From: Octopus vulgaris
Taxonomy: Eukaryota
Length of the DNA: 64,000 bases
Assembly: GCA_951406725.2 (NCBI GenBank)
Contig: OX597816.1
Location: 17,050,001-17,114,000 of the forward strand
Reading direction: 5' to 3'
The notes beneath the pieces are model-generated. The model searched no databases. It saw only the letters and a program-made list of their open reading frames with translations, and was not told the DNA's origin. A program made the position numbers and the translations under genes. Below, in pieces: positions 12,468-26,097 of this stretch. The stretch's first letter is position 1; every line of letters begins with the position of its first letter.

Positions 12468-14461
12468 TTAGTTAGTTAGTTGTTGCTAACTTAACTGTCT
12501 GGTTGTTAAACTTGCTAAAGAGCATATTACTGGAAGTCTCACAGAGTTTGTAAGTATGGAACTACAAATAATATGGCTTGGAATTCAAATCTAAGGGCGA
12601 TTATTGTGCATATTACGATTCTTGTCTTAATATATCTATTTAGAAAGCAGGTCTAACTATTGTTTCACAGTTAGGTGGTTATGGATAAGAAGGGTATTTA
12701 GGTGAAAAACAACAGAGTAAACCCAAATTGCAAAATATGCACAATAACGACATTTGCAAAAATAGCACCTTATGTTATGCTAATATATTTTGAAACTGAA
12801 ATATGACAATTTAATTATTCTTCACTGTTTTTGAAAATATAAATTAAAATGAGTGCCTTTTCAATTTAATTAAAAAGAGATAAATAAAGGAAGTATCATT
12901 AATTCCAATGTAATTAACATTACTATGTATAATTACAAATAAGTTTGGAAAATTAACTGAAAGTTGATGAGGGAAAAATAATAAATTGCTGTATTAGTGC
13001 TCTAAGTAAAAATTTAAACCAGAATTATTTTCATTGAAGAAGTCTGACTGCACAGAACTATAAAAATTACAAAAGAACAAAGAAACAAATATTACACAGT
13101 AGAGAAAGGTAATCTTTGATTATGATGTAGTCATGTTAAATGAAAACTTAAATTCTTTAAAGTAGTAAATTACAAGGTTGAAGAGTAAAAAAGATATCAA
13201 CAGGAATTAATATTGCATAAATACTTTTAAATTAAAATAACAGCAGTGGTGAGGTGTAAATTATTAATAAACACAATTTTCCTGATTATACAGATTATAT
13301 CTCACTATTTCATGGAAGAGTAGAGAAAGGAATGCCTCATTTGAAAGATTTTAATTTAATTTTAGCACGGAACATCATAAATAACACAGCCTTGTATCTT
13401 ATTCAATATAAAACGAGGAAAACAAAAACAATTTATACATTAAATACTACTGACATAATCATTCACTGAAATCAAGTGATGGCACTTTGAATCAACAAAT
13501 TTCTATAAATTTTCCCAACCTAAATATTTCTACTATTTCAAACATTAGGACAGTAGATAGAAACCTGACTAAATGACAAAACTGATATCAGTTTATTTAT
13601 AAAAGCCTGTATTAACTAAATTTCTCTATAGTATTCAGTTATTTTTTCATTCACTTTCAAGTCTGTATGATGATCAGAAGCTATTTCCAAAAATATTTAT
13701 CTCAGGCAACATTCCACAATCGACCATACATACTTTCGCATAAAATTACAAACAAAAATGGTTTCTTTTTATGTTATGATTGATAACATCTCTTCAGTAG
13801 ATTTCCATTTATCAAAATAAAGCTATAAATCATAGAACATATATATACAGATGCAATATTGTGGCTGTCCTGTGTCAGAAACAATTTTGTTTAAGTAGAA
13901 AATATTGTATGTTAAATTTCTAACAAATATCCAGTTCTGAATATAAAAACATATTTTTATAACATCTGAATAAGAGAATATTTTCCAACATGATAAAACA
14001 TTCATTTTTTTTTTTTTTCAAGAATATTAATGCAGTTCTTAAGCATATCTTTACTTATATTTCATGAAATTCAACATCTATTTTTCTTTCTTTAAACACA
14101 CTAAATTATGAGCCTTTTGGCATTGTGCTAGCTAAAATACTTTCTTAACAATGTTGAAATTATTATCATATTTTCTATTCATGCTTTGTAACTCTCTGGT
14201 GAGCAACAAAGTAATAAATTTTAACAAATACCTAGTTTTGAACTAAAAATAATAATAAAAAATTTGGAACTCTAGAATCCAGGATAATATGCTAAAGATG
14301 TTTAAGTATCTGCCAGCAACTGTATACAATGCATACATGAATATAAATCTAATTTCAAGGTTTATTTTTACATATCATCATGATTTTATGTCCACATTTT
14401 ACACTTGCACAGGCTAAGTAAGTTGTTACAGTCTGAATCAATTCTTATCTTGACTTATCTC

Positions 14462-14615
14462 AGAAACTTTGCTAAAATTGGAGCATAAGAACAAGATGTG
14501 GTTCTCCAGTCTGTCTAGAAGAGCAGTAAGTCAATTTTTATCTTGACTTACTGCTCTTCTAGAAAGACTGGAAGACAAAATCTTGCTCATATGTTCCAGT
14601 TTTAACATTGTTTCT
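14462..14615. repeat. Gapless inverted repeat, 73-bp arms, 8-nt loop, inside a decayed family A-like element
   Basis: 14462-14534 pairs with 14543-14615; 12 mismatches counted by hand. Confidence 0.9.
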
Positions 14616-15459
14616 TCAGTGAGACACCCATCCTGATAACAGCCCCTTTAGAAGTATACTGATTCCATTCTATCATGGCAGCAGTACAATAAAAGCTACA
14701 TCTTCAGAAAGACTAAAGAGTATTCTCTACTCTATATTGTATTTGTCCATTCACCAACTATTTTAGTGCACTGGATGCAATTTATCACAGTATTAGCACC
14801 AGAGAGGTTGCCTTTTATGTGGTTCTCCATCATTCAAGGTAAATGTGGCTGGGAAGGCAAACAAAAGTGTCATTCAAAGAGACAGACTAACAGACACACA
14901 GGCAGGCAGGCGGATGTACAGAAAGACGGACAGGGCAAAAAAGTTGAGCATGATAGGAGAAATAGTGAAATGGGAGTGAGAAAAGGAAAGGGAAGTGATG
15001 CTGGAAGTAGAAGTGATGGGGCAAACAGGGTTGTGGGGCAGGGAGTCATGAAATTTAGGAAGAGTGATACATGCCAACAAAAAAGTTATAGAAGGGAGAG
15101 TGAATGGTGACTAGTAATAGAGTTGAGCAATGAGTAAGAGTGGTTGATGTCAACAGAGTGACAACAGGGAGGGAACATGACAATAGTAAAGTGCAATGGA
15201 GGTAGCAGCTACTGAATATAGACAGGTCTGATGTCAACTCTTCTTACATAAGCATTAAGATTGGAGAGAGGCAGAGTGATAAAGATGGGAGACAGAAATA
15301 GAGATTAAATTTGTTCAGACCTAATGTTATTTCTTGTTATACATTATAGTATAAAACTGGATGAGTATCAGATGTGACGATAAGGAAGAAGTACATGACA
15401 GATGGCAACTTAATAGGAGCATATTGAGAAAATATACAGATATATTATACATCCCACCA

Positions 15460-16075
15460 CTATACTTTTAACATCAATTTTGCCATGGTTACACAGATGA
15501 GCAAGTCTTCTCCTTTACAAAGCATTGACACTAGTTGCAGTTCTTTGCCATCTTCATGAAGTTCAGCTTTTTGAGATCAGTTTTCATTACTTCATCCCAG
15601 TCTAAGTCTCCTCCTTCTATAAATTTCATCTACGTTGAGCTCCTGGAACTTTATTATAGAACTAGTAACACCCATATGCATCACATGCCTATACTAGTGC
15701 CATCTACGTCCTTGCACACTATATTAGATTTCTCAAATTACTAACCCTCTCATCTCCTTTGTGTTTCTATCATTCATCCACACTAACATTACACACAAGT
15801 GGAGCGTGTTCACTCCATTCTTTGCAAGCTCCCATTTATCTTCCACATTCAAGGTGTACATCTACCTATCATGCAACATTGTACTTTACTTGTGTATAAA
15901 GTATGACACATCATATAATTAGTCCTTTAGTCTGAGATAGAAGAGAGAATAGTTTTGTTGCTAGCAGAGGTAATAGCAAACTAAATTATTTCAACCTTGT
16001 TACTCTTGGTAATATGCTTTTGGAATATCCACTTCCATTGCTAATTAGGTCACCTAGGTATTACATCCTTATTTT
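15460..16075 (-). pseudogene. RTE-like LINE, 3' half of RT ORF plus tail, decayed
   Basis: Minus-strand pieces YLGDLISNGSG, LLPLLATK, CNVSV, WDEVMKTDLKKLN; frameshifted. Confidence 0.7.
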
Positions 16076-16871
16076 CATATCAAATATCACTTCATATTAC
16101 TATATTGAACTTCTAGTCCCAGCATATGAAGTATAGTAACCCATGTATTGGTGTAAGTGTGTGTGTGTGTGTGAGAGAGAGAGAGTGTGTGTCTGTGTGT
16201 GGTGTGTGTTTACAATTATGTCATTTAAAACTGGTGATTTTATATAATGTAACATGATTTCACAAATACACATTAATAAACTACCAAAGTTAAAAATAAG
16301 TACTGGGTTACATATGTTTGACTAATCCCTTGAAGGTAGTGCCCCAGCATGGTCACAATCCAATACCCAGTAAAAGATTAAATGAAAAACACAATATAAA
16401 TATACCATACTTAACTTAAAATATTCATCCATTAGTCAGTTGTTACATGAATAACATAAATAATATGAATGTACTTTTAATAGATTATGTCTTTAATTTC
16501 CTTCCATAATTTATTAGTCATTGTCTTACAAATAATGTAAATTTAAATGCCTTCCATCTCATTTCATGGTTAAAGCATTGCATACATGACAGAAGTAGAA
16601 TAATATTACAGACAAGCAAATATGAAAACTTCACTTTAACGGACAACAATTAATTGCACTAAAATGCATGCATTAAATGTTTGACATTTTTTTTTAAAAT
16701 GGTTCAGTAAAAGAACTACTTTTGTCGCTGTCCCTATATCCATTAACCAATATTCCTACCACTTTATCAGCAACAACAATTTCTTGTAATAGCATAATTT
16801 CTTTTGTAAATAATACAAATGTTAATGCTTTGAAATTAAAAACATATTTTCTCTAAATCAGGAGTGGAAAT

Positions 16872-16872
<1 letters not shown>

Positions 16873-16941
<69 letters not shown>

Positions 16942-17186
16942 CGTGTGTATTTATAAATATATATATATATATATATATATACATTAAAAAAAATATATAA
17001 ATACATATGTATGTGTGTGTGGGTATATATATGTATATGTATGTATGCATGTAAAAAAATATATATATATATAAATATGTATATGTGTGTATCGTCTTCA
17101 AAATGTTTCACGTTCTTGTCCCAGTTTGTGTTTTTTTTAACGTTTACATATATATATATATATATATACATATGCATATATGTGTG

Positions 17187-17217
<31 letters not shown>

Positions 17218-17267
17218 GTTTACATGTAAAAAAATATATCTATATAAATATATATGTGTATGTGTGT
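16873..17267. repeat. Compound (TG)n/(TA)n microsatellite
   Basis: Long pure (TG)n then (TA)n blocks; cat(g/t)aaaaaaatatat motif repeated about three times. Confidence 0.9.
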
Positions 17268-17563
17268 ATCCGACTCGTGGCCGATGCCAGCGCCGCCTCG
17301 ACTGGCCTCCATGCCGGTGGCACGTAAAATACACCAATCCGACCGTGGACGTTGCCAGCCTCGCCTGGCACCTGTGCAGGTGGCACGTAAAAAGCACCCA
17401 CTACACTCACGGAGTGGTTGGCGTTAGGAAGGGCATCCAGCTGTAGTAACATTGCCAGATAAGACTGGAGCCTGGTGCAGCCTTCTGGCTTCCCAGATCC
17501 CCGGTCAAACCGTCCAACCCATGCTAGCATGGAGAACGGACGTTAAACGATGATGATGATGAT
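17268..17563 (+). mobile_element. Family A retroposon, CpG-intact (probably young)
   Basis: Two internal units, shared body, (GAT)n tail; inserted in a microsatellite. Confidence 0.85.
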
Positions 17564-17580
17564 ATATATATATACATATA

Positions 17581-17620
<40 letters not shown>

Positions 17621-19195
17621 ATGAATAACAGTGGGTATATTTCTATTTCTAAAGAACTGAAATTTTACTTAATGGAATATATAATAATGTTCAAACAATC
17701 CTAACGCAGATGAAAATGTTGAAATGTTGTGGATTAAATTATTTTAATTGTTTACTCATGAAAGAATAAATATAAGTTTGCAGGTCAGAATTCAATTCCT
17801 TATTTTAAAATTCTTAATTGCTTTCTATTGATAGATCTCAAATGTCTGAGAACAATTTTAAATTGCATGAAGTTCTGTTGGCTATGAGAAGTATTAAAAT
17901 GATTATATTTCAGCTGTTAGTGGGTAATACAGAAAATAAATTTGTTTCTAATATATCTTAAAATATCGCAATTAAGTTGTATTGTTAGTCATGTATTTTA
18001 AAGATTCCCCATGAACTTGCAAACTTTCAAATATTATTTCGGCACTATTTAAGCCATTTCCCCTCTTCTTTGATTCTCACTACTAACTAATAATTTCCAA
18101 TTATTATAAAATGATATTAAAATTATGCATAAGAGTTTTTCCTAACCCTATTTCAAAACCAACAGATGATTTTTGCATTAAAAAATTCATTATAAAATCT
18201 AAAACCATAAATTTCAATACCTCCAATAACAAGTAGTTAACATTATGTGCAGAGGTTTGTTACAAATTAGATCTATTAAATCTTGTAGCAAAAAATATTT
18301 AACAATTCATATAAGAAATAAAGAAATTCTTTAAATTGTCTTTATAATACTACATATACTATAAGTCAAGAGTTTTCAGTAGATTATAAAATTACTTTTG
18401 CAAGAATTGTGTAAATACATTAATAATACATTAAACAGTAATAAATAAGAACAAATTGTAACTAATGTAAATGTTTAAAGAAAATTATCTTCACATAAAG
18501 AAATTTCCTTCTTGACAAAACTACTGCTTAAATAACTGTTTAAAACATTCGTACTGTTACAGAATTGTATTCAACTTTTCTGAAAAGATATCAGGATAAA
18601 ATGTCCATCTTTTTCTACATGAATTTTATTTATTTATTAATTTAATTTTTTTTTTTTTGGTAGTTTGTTAGATTTTACTTCTTTACTTTCTATGTTATTT
18701 TCTTTAAGTTTTTATATTATAAATTTCCATGCATCAAGCTTTTGCAATCAGTCAGTGATTCTTGTTACAGATTTTGTCGCATATTTTAAAAATTTAATGT
18801 TATAATTTCATACTTCATACAGCAATTAAAAATGTTTTGTATTAAAATACTAAAATCTTACCCATTCAAAATGAAATTATGTTGGCTTTGTAGGTATGTA
18901 TGTGCATATTATGTGAGTAGGTGGGTGTTGGAGGTTGTTATTACTACTACAGCTAATAAAAGAAAACCTAGATCACACACAATATGAACAATAATCAAAA
19001 CAATATAAACCACTTAATAACTAGAAATTTATTGACATGATGTAGTGTAAAATTTACAAATAATAAAAGAGCTTGAAGTAGTAAATATGTAATAAATTTC
19101 ACAATATTGTATAAATTTCCACATTAGAATTTTATTTTCTTTCTAATTGCCTATAATCATATATATATATATGTATATGTATGTATGTATGTATG

Positions 19196-19234
<39 letters not shown>

Positions 19235-19499
19235 ATATATATATATACACACACATACATACGTACACAAACACGTGTACACACACACACGTAGAATATT
19301 TGTCACTCAGTTTTAATTTTTTCATAAAACATTTTACAGTACTCTCAAAATAGCAAAACATCTATTTTTTTCAGCTTAAATAAATAATAATTCAAATTTA
19401 ACACTAGCACACTCTACATCCACTAATTAACATAGTATAATTTTCTTCATACAAGATGTATCCGATAAAATTTCTTTCCAGTAGAGTAAACTGCTGAAG

Positions 19500-19910
19500 T
19501 TCTCCAATGATTACCTCAACTCCAGTGCATAACTGGTACTTCTTTAATTGACCCCAAAGGATAAAAAGCAAAGTCGACTGTGGCAGAATTTTTACATTCT
19601 GAGTTCAAATTCTGCCGAGGATGACTTTGCCTTTCATCCTTACAGGGTCAATAAATTAAGTACCAGTTACATACAGGGGTCAATCTAATTGACTGGCCCC
19701 CTCCCAAAAATATTTCAGGCCTAGTATCTAGAGTAGCAAAGATTATAAGATTATAGTGACCCCACTATTTGACTGGTACTTTAATTTATCTATTTTGGAA
19801 GAAAGAAAAGAGTTGACATTGGCAGGAGTTGAATGCTCTATGTTCCGAGTTCAAGTCCAACCAAGGTCAACTTTGCCATTTGTCCTTCCTACAGTGATCA
19901 ATAAAATCAA
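19500..19910. mobile_element. Cluster of four family D fragments in -,+,-,+ order
   Basis: gactttgcctttcatccttacagggtcaataaattaagtaccag and reverse-complement versions alternate. Confidence 0.75.
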
Positions 19911-20199
19911 CTGCTCCTTCTTCTACAATAAAAAAAAAAAAGAGAGAACCCACACACATCTAAACTTGTGTCTATGTGGAAAATTATTATGAGAACTTAC
20001 TGAAAGAAAACTAAGAACAGAATAAATAAAGTTTAACCCTATGGAACCAACAAATAGGCCAGCTGTAAATAATAATGTGAACATAGTAAAATGATTAAGG
20101 ATATCAAAACAAGAAAAACTAGAGTTCTTTTAGTTAATGAGATGTTGAAAAAATCAGATTAGGCAGATATATCATATATCACTTGCTTAGGTTATCAAA

Positions 20200-21360
20200 T
20201 AATGCAGAGAGGCGGTATCTTTAATAAGTGATATAGCTGAAACATTGACAACTGCTATGAAGCTAAAAGTAACTCAATAAAGAGAGGAAATTACAGGAAC
20301 CACAAGTTATGAAAGTGTGAGAAAGGTCTGTATCAAAGTTAGTGCAAGACAGAATAGTGCAAGTTGATTAACTTGCAGGTAGAGTACGGATATATCATTG
20401 TTAGTAAAACAAATAACTACGAGAGAATTTTCAACAAAGAATACCTCTATGCGGTAATTATTGATGTGAAAAAATGATAGTTTGTGGTACAGGGGAGAGT
20501 GAGGGTCCCTGAGAAGTCTTAGTGTAAGTGAGTGGCTCATGACAACACTTCAGTCAACAAAGAGTGACCAAATAAGCAAGATCAAGAGCCACAGTGAACT
20601 TGATGAAGAATTTAGCATGCAGATGTTCCTCTTGATCATAGACCTTAAGGTCACTAATCTGGAATTCTCCAGACTTGTTTTCACTGAAGATTTTAATACA
20701 CCTCTTGTTTATATAATAGAAGCTGTCATAGAGTAATAAACAAAGTTTATTTAGGAAAAAACTTAAATGTAGCAAAGCCTACAGCACCAGTTTTTGACAA
20801 AAGACCCAAAAGTTTAGAGTCATTTTGGAAATGGAATTGCTCATGACACCTTATTCAATGCAGGCAACATTGGAACAGTAATACACTAGTGGCTATTAGA
20901 AGAGTATCTGAAGAGTATTGAGATAGAGAGGATTTACTATTCAGGTGACTAGGTTGTAGTTCTAAAAAGTTTGCTATAAAGGCATTGTAATCAGTGAGAG
21001 TATCAATAAGTAACAGAAATAAAAGCAGGACGAAATATGTTTAGAAGGGCATTATGTTTGATACAGACTAAGGTTCTCAGCTTTTGTGTAAAAGGCAGAC
21101 TGTAAGGGATCTGTGTAAGAAATTTAATTGGGTATGGAAGTAACACACAAGCAATGAGTGTAAAAGACAAGGAACGTTTAGTAAACAATTATTGTAATCT
21201 ATTAGATATACAGTGTCAGTTTTCAGAAGGCCCGAGTAAAAGAGAATTAAGAAACTGTCTGTGCATCTTAAGGTTCAGACGATATATAAAGAAAATATTC
21301 TATGCTGGTATGATCATGTAATGTCAATGAATTATACAGGGTGTGTGCAAAATTGTTATA
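20200..21360 (+). pseudogene. RTE-like LINE RT region, decayed
   Basis: Pieces VKGRL...CVRN...YGSNTQAMSVKDKERL, ELR, CWYDHVM parallel those at 15.5 kb and 33 kb. Confidence 0.6.
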
Positions 21361-21569
21361 CAGACACAAACTGAAGAATAGCTGGGTACAAGAGATAATA
21401 AATTATTTGAGAATGCCAGAAATCACAGAAAGAAATTTGTTAAGGTGGAATCAAAATAACTGCAAACCCAACCAGTCTCTGTCAATGAGATAACAATATA
21501 TTGAAAACTTTTCTCTGATACTCATGGTAAAATAGAAAGTTGATTTAAATTTAATAGCATCAACAATAA

Positions 21570-21780
21570 TAATATTTCTGGTATAGGCACATCATTAGAA
21601 ATTGAGCAAAGTGGGAAAGTCACACCCAATACATAACTAAAAATTTATTTAACTGACTCTGGAAGGATGAACTGTAAAACTGCTCTCAGTGGGACTTGAA
21701 CTCAGAGTGTAAAGATCTGGTGCAAATACTGCAAAGCATTTTGTCAGATGTTGTAAGGAACTTGCTGATCTACTGCCATC
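21570..21780 (-). mobile_element. Family D SINE, decayed
   Basis: ggaaggatgaa...ttgaactcagagtgtaaag...aaatactgcaaagcattt. Confidence 0.6.
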
Positions 21781-22359
21781 AGTCTCACTGACAATGATGA
21801 TGGCAGCAGCAATGACAACAATAAGAATTGTTAATAATAATAATGATAATAACAATAATTGAGCATGGATGTAAATAAGCAAGTAATACTGAGAAGAGAA
21901 TAACAACAAAAATAAAGAAATAGTGACTTTCTGAGTACAATGATATTTATATTATTGATAATGATGTTAAGTTTTAAACTACAAGACATATTGTCATGAG
22001 TTCAGCATTACCAGAATTATGTTGCTGCAGAAAGCACATTACTGCTTCTTTAGTTCACCTGCTTGACATTTGTACCACAAACCAACATGTGCCGACTTTT
22101 CTGAAACAACAGGATTTGTCAAATTAAACCCTACATCATAGAAAATAATGACCATGGCTCTGGATTTACTCTGGCTACAAAAAGAATAAAATGGCTTGCA
22201 GTGCCTTTCATCATTGGAATGCTCAACCAGGGCCAATACAATAACTCACTGCTTCACAGTTGTGTGGTTAGCAGTAGGAAGAATACCTTGTGTTAAAAAC
22301 TAAAATTGCACTAACAAAAATTATAATATCTAATAATACACAAAGAAAACGGGAATAAA

Positions 22360-22720
22360 ATATATACTTTATTTTATTAATCCTGAAAGGATAAAAGGCA
22401 AAATTGACCTTGACAGCATTTGAATTCAGAATGTAAAGAGTTGGAACAAATGCTGTAAAGCATTTTTCTGATACTCTAATAATTCTGCCAGATTGTCTCC
22501 TTAACAGTTAGGAATCTTAGCACAAGGCCAGTAGTTTTGAGAGGAAGGGTTAGTCAATACTAGTGACCACAGTACCTAACTTGTCCTTTATTTTATCAAC
22601 CTTAGAGAACTGAAAAGCAAAGCTGACTTTGGTGTGATTTGAACTCAGAACGTACAGAGCTGGAACAAATATTGTAAAGCATTTCTTTTAATGCCTAATC
22701 ATTCTGTTAGCTCACCTCCA
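22360..22720 (-). mobile_element. Two tandem family D copies
   Basis: aaaggataaaaggcaaaattgacc..tttgaattcagaatgta repeated at ~22385 and ~22610. Confidence 0.7.
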
Positions 22721-24638
22721 CCATCCTAATCTAACAGTAATAATAATAATTACATACTTTCATAATTATCTACTTAATAGTAAGTACATTAGTTATAATA
22801 ATGATAGCTAAAATTTATATGAAAAGTCTAAATAGATGCTATAATAGTTAATAAACAACTCATTTAAGTAGGACTAATGGTTTAAAACATTCAGATCTTG
22901 ACTAAAATATTTGCCATTATCCTCCTTTTAAATAATAATTTGCCAGAATCATTCAAATAAATTTTTATGTATTTCACATAAACTTTCTGATTTTCCTTGA
23001 AATGAAATCTAATTTTTATAAGTAAACATATCTAAAATTATACAATAAAGACTATATTAATATGTTGAATTATTTTCATTAGTTTCAAAACTGATATAGA
23101 TTTTGTTCTTTCAATTGTAATGCTATTTCAAATATAATTAAGAGAATTAAGAAATATAATATGGGGTATTTAGCCAAGAAAGAAAAGACAAAAAAAAAAA
23201 AGAAAACAAATTGAATAATTGCAGAACAAAAAGAACTCAAATTACTCAATGAAAAAATAAACTTATAAATTAGGTTTCATTCACTAAGCCCAATATTGTG
23301 TAACATTAAATAACTAAATGCTAGAATTAGTAGAAATGATTTTTAAGTAATATATACATATACTTCTTAAAATAGCAGAGGAAATACAATATGAATGTCA
23401 ATAAAGAATGTATGTTATTGATTGATGAGAATTATGCCATATAAAGAGGAAAATTTGTCTGGAAACGCCATTCAAAAAGTTCATACAAATATTTAATAAA
23501 TGTTATTGATATAATTTTTTTTTCCTCCACATACAATAGAAATTGATTAGTCATTTCCTAAAATGGAAATTTCAAGACTTCTCATCAAAACATACATATA
23601 ACTCTTCACTTTGTTAATCTTTATGACTAGATTTCACAAAATAGAGATGAGAGTTATGCATAGACATCCATTAGTAGCTAAGTCTTCTTTATAAAAACAT
23701 CTATACTATGATATTCCAAGTTAGTTAAAAAGTATTAAAGGTAAAATAAAGTGTAATTATATAACCTATTAGAATCTAGTGTTGTCAATATTTTACTGCC
23801 AATTTTTCAGTAATTCTGGTATAGGATAGATAAGCTTAAAGTATTGGCATTCCCAATCTTTCTGGTCCTGTGACGGTTTGTCATACCTATGCCAAGATAC
23901 ACTACACCATTAACGCATGACATTTTTTAAAATTTGTCTAGAACATTAGAACTTGCCTTTCTTGGACATAGAAACAGAGACAGTTTAATGACTTCAGAAA
24001 TAATTTTTGACAACCAAAATCATTGGAATGAAATAAAAAAATCTAATCTGTAGAATTCATGAAATATATGAATATGAATAGAATTGTAATATATTATCAC
24101 AATGTGAAATGTGAAATTGCTGAAACATCAAAGATGATATCAAATTAGAACAGTATTCAAGAGGAACACATATGTCCAGAAGTATAATTCATGTAAGATC
24201 TACCAGAGATAGTTGAAATCAAATGTTCACATTTATCTTCCCATTGTAGTGGAAGAATTCTAAAGGTGAAACAAGTGGACCATTAGTTATCAGAACTAAA
24301 GAACAATGAAAAGATCTGTGTGCGCATGCACACACACACAGACACACATACACATACATGGCAACAAAGAAATAGAAGAAAATTTATGGAATTTAAAATG
24401 GAAACTGCTATGTCGGGATATGAGTTTTGTAATAAATAAAGTAACACAGAAATATTAAATCACAGTAGTATAGATAATACTGAAAACCCAACCAATAAGC
24501 CAAGTACAGAATTAATCCAATGCAGACGACTGTCTTGTAACTTTAAACAGATTTAAAATTCATATTTTCTTGTCATACTTATTATAAAATAGAATTACAA
24601 CATGTGATGCAAGATTTTGTAAGCTTAGTTGTGATGTA

Positions 24639-24688
<50 letters not shown>

Positions 24689-24851
24689 CTAGAGAGAGGA
24701 GAGAAAACAGGAGACAAACAGACAGATACACAAACTATTTATAGACATACATATATACATACAGTTGCGTATATGTATATATATATATATACATACACAC
24801 AAATATTCACACAAGTATGCATAAATATCTTATACACACACACACAAATAT

Positions 24852-24889
<38 letters not shown>

Positions 24890-24894
<5 letters not shown>

Positions 24895-25360
24895 TATCAT
24901 TTGTTTTTACATCCATATTTCCATGCTAGCATGCACTTGATGAATATATTATTAATGCATTGTATTACAGCTGCATGGCTTTCTTGGCACTAACCCTTAC
25001 TGATCCTTCAAGCAAGAGATTTCTTATTCTGCTTCACTTTGAAGGTCCAAAACCAGCGAAGATTTTGTTGATAAGAGAAATCATGCCATTGTCGGTAGCT
25101 CGTTGGTTTTTAGAGAAGTGTGAATGTAAACAAACACAAACACACACATGGAATCATACATATACAAGTGAATACATGCATGCACACACACTCACCCACA
25201 TACACACACATATTTTAGATTCAATCTGCCAAATATACTCAGAAGTCTTTGGCTAGCTGTAGGACTATAGTAGAAGACACTTACCCAAGGTGCTGTACTG
25301 TGGTATGAAACCAAAACCACACGGCTGAGTAGGAAGTTCAACCACACAAACATGGCTGCA
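24890..25360 (-). mobile_element. Family B head with A-type tail, decayed
   Basis: ctatagtagaagacacttacccaaggtgc core; catccatatttccatgctagcatg tail at left. Confidence 0.6.
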
Positions 25361-25459
25361 CACACACACACATCGTCAGTGTATCATATGTCCGAAAAAG
25401 AAGCACACTCTAAAGTGTAGAACAGTAGTGTATTTATAAGTAAAGTCTATGTCCGATCA

Positions 25460-25523
25460 TAGAGTGACCAATGGTTTCGCATCTATAAAAGACTTAACCC
25501 TATGGATGGCTTGTTAGACTCTA
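25460..25523 (-). ncRNA. Decayed type I hammerhead ribozyme motif
   Basis: tagagt-CTAACAA-stem II-GAAA-cca t tgg-TC-actcta; three stems present, two core G>A changes. Confidence 0.6.
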
Positions 25524-25667
25524 ATGGGGAAAAGCATATAGTTCTTCAAACTTCAGAGGTAGAAGTCTATTATGGTCAGTTAGTTAGTTAACGAAGACTA
25601 AACAATCCTCGTTGGGAAAGACGAGTTATGTATATGTATGTATATATGTATGTATGTATGTATGTAT

Positions 25668-26097
25668 TGTGTGGTTAAAAAAAATTCCCAATCACATAGT
25701 CTTTGGTTCAGTCCCACTGCATGCACCTTGGGCAAATGGTTTCTATTATGGGTCCATGCCAGCAAAAGCATTATGAATAAATTTGGTAGACAGAAACTGA
25801 AACAAGCCCAACATGTGTGTGTGTGTGTGTATTCTTGTCTTAACATTAGTTAATGGTTGTCTACAAGTATCACCATCATAAAAGCAGAGTTATTTGTTGC
25901 CAATTTTCTGTAAAAAAAAAAACCAAAAACAAACAAACAAATAAATATGTCTGGCTGTAAGGAAATATTACTTTGCTTGAAAACAGGTGAGGACTGACTA
26001 CCTGGCCTTAGAAAATCTGCCTCAAAGAATTTCATCTAACTTGTACAAGCATGGAAAAGTGGATGTTAAATCATTGATGATGACTGATGGTGATGAT
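25668..26097 (+). mobile_element. Family B head with A-type (TGA)n tail
   Basis: ggttcagtcccactgc..ccttgggcaaat..ttggtagacagaaactgaaa, then aagcatggaaaagtggatgttaaa..(tga)n. Confidence 0.7.

Noticed and set aside
16836-17446. Several 70-125 aa ORFs rich in YI/HT/CV (also ~19.1, 24.6, 53.4, 62.2 kb)
   Set aside because: Translations of (TA)n/(CA)n microsatellites
17695-17740. CAGATGA..GAAAtgTT hammerhead-like remnant
   Set aside because: Core mismatch, 2-bp stem II and out-of-register stem I; too weak
23841-23900. Possible miRNA hairpin gtattggcat...atgccaagatac
   Set aside because: Only ~10 bp of outer stem and the interior does not pair; expected by chance
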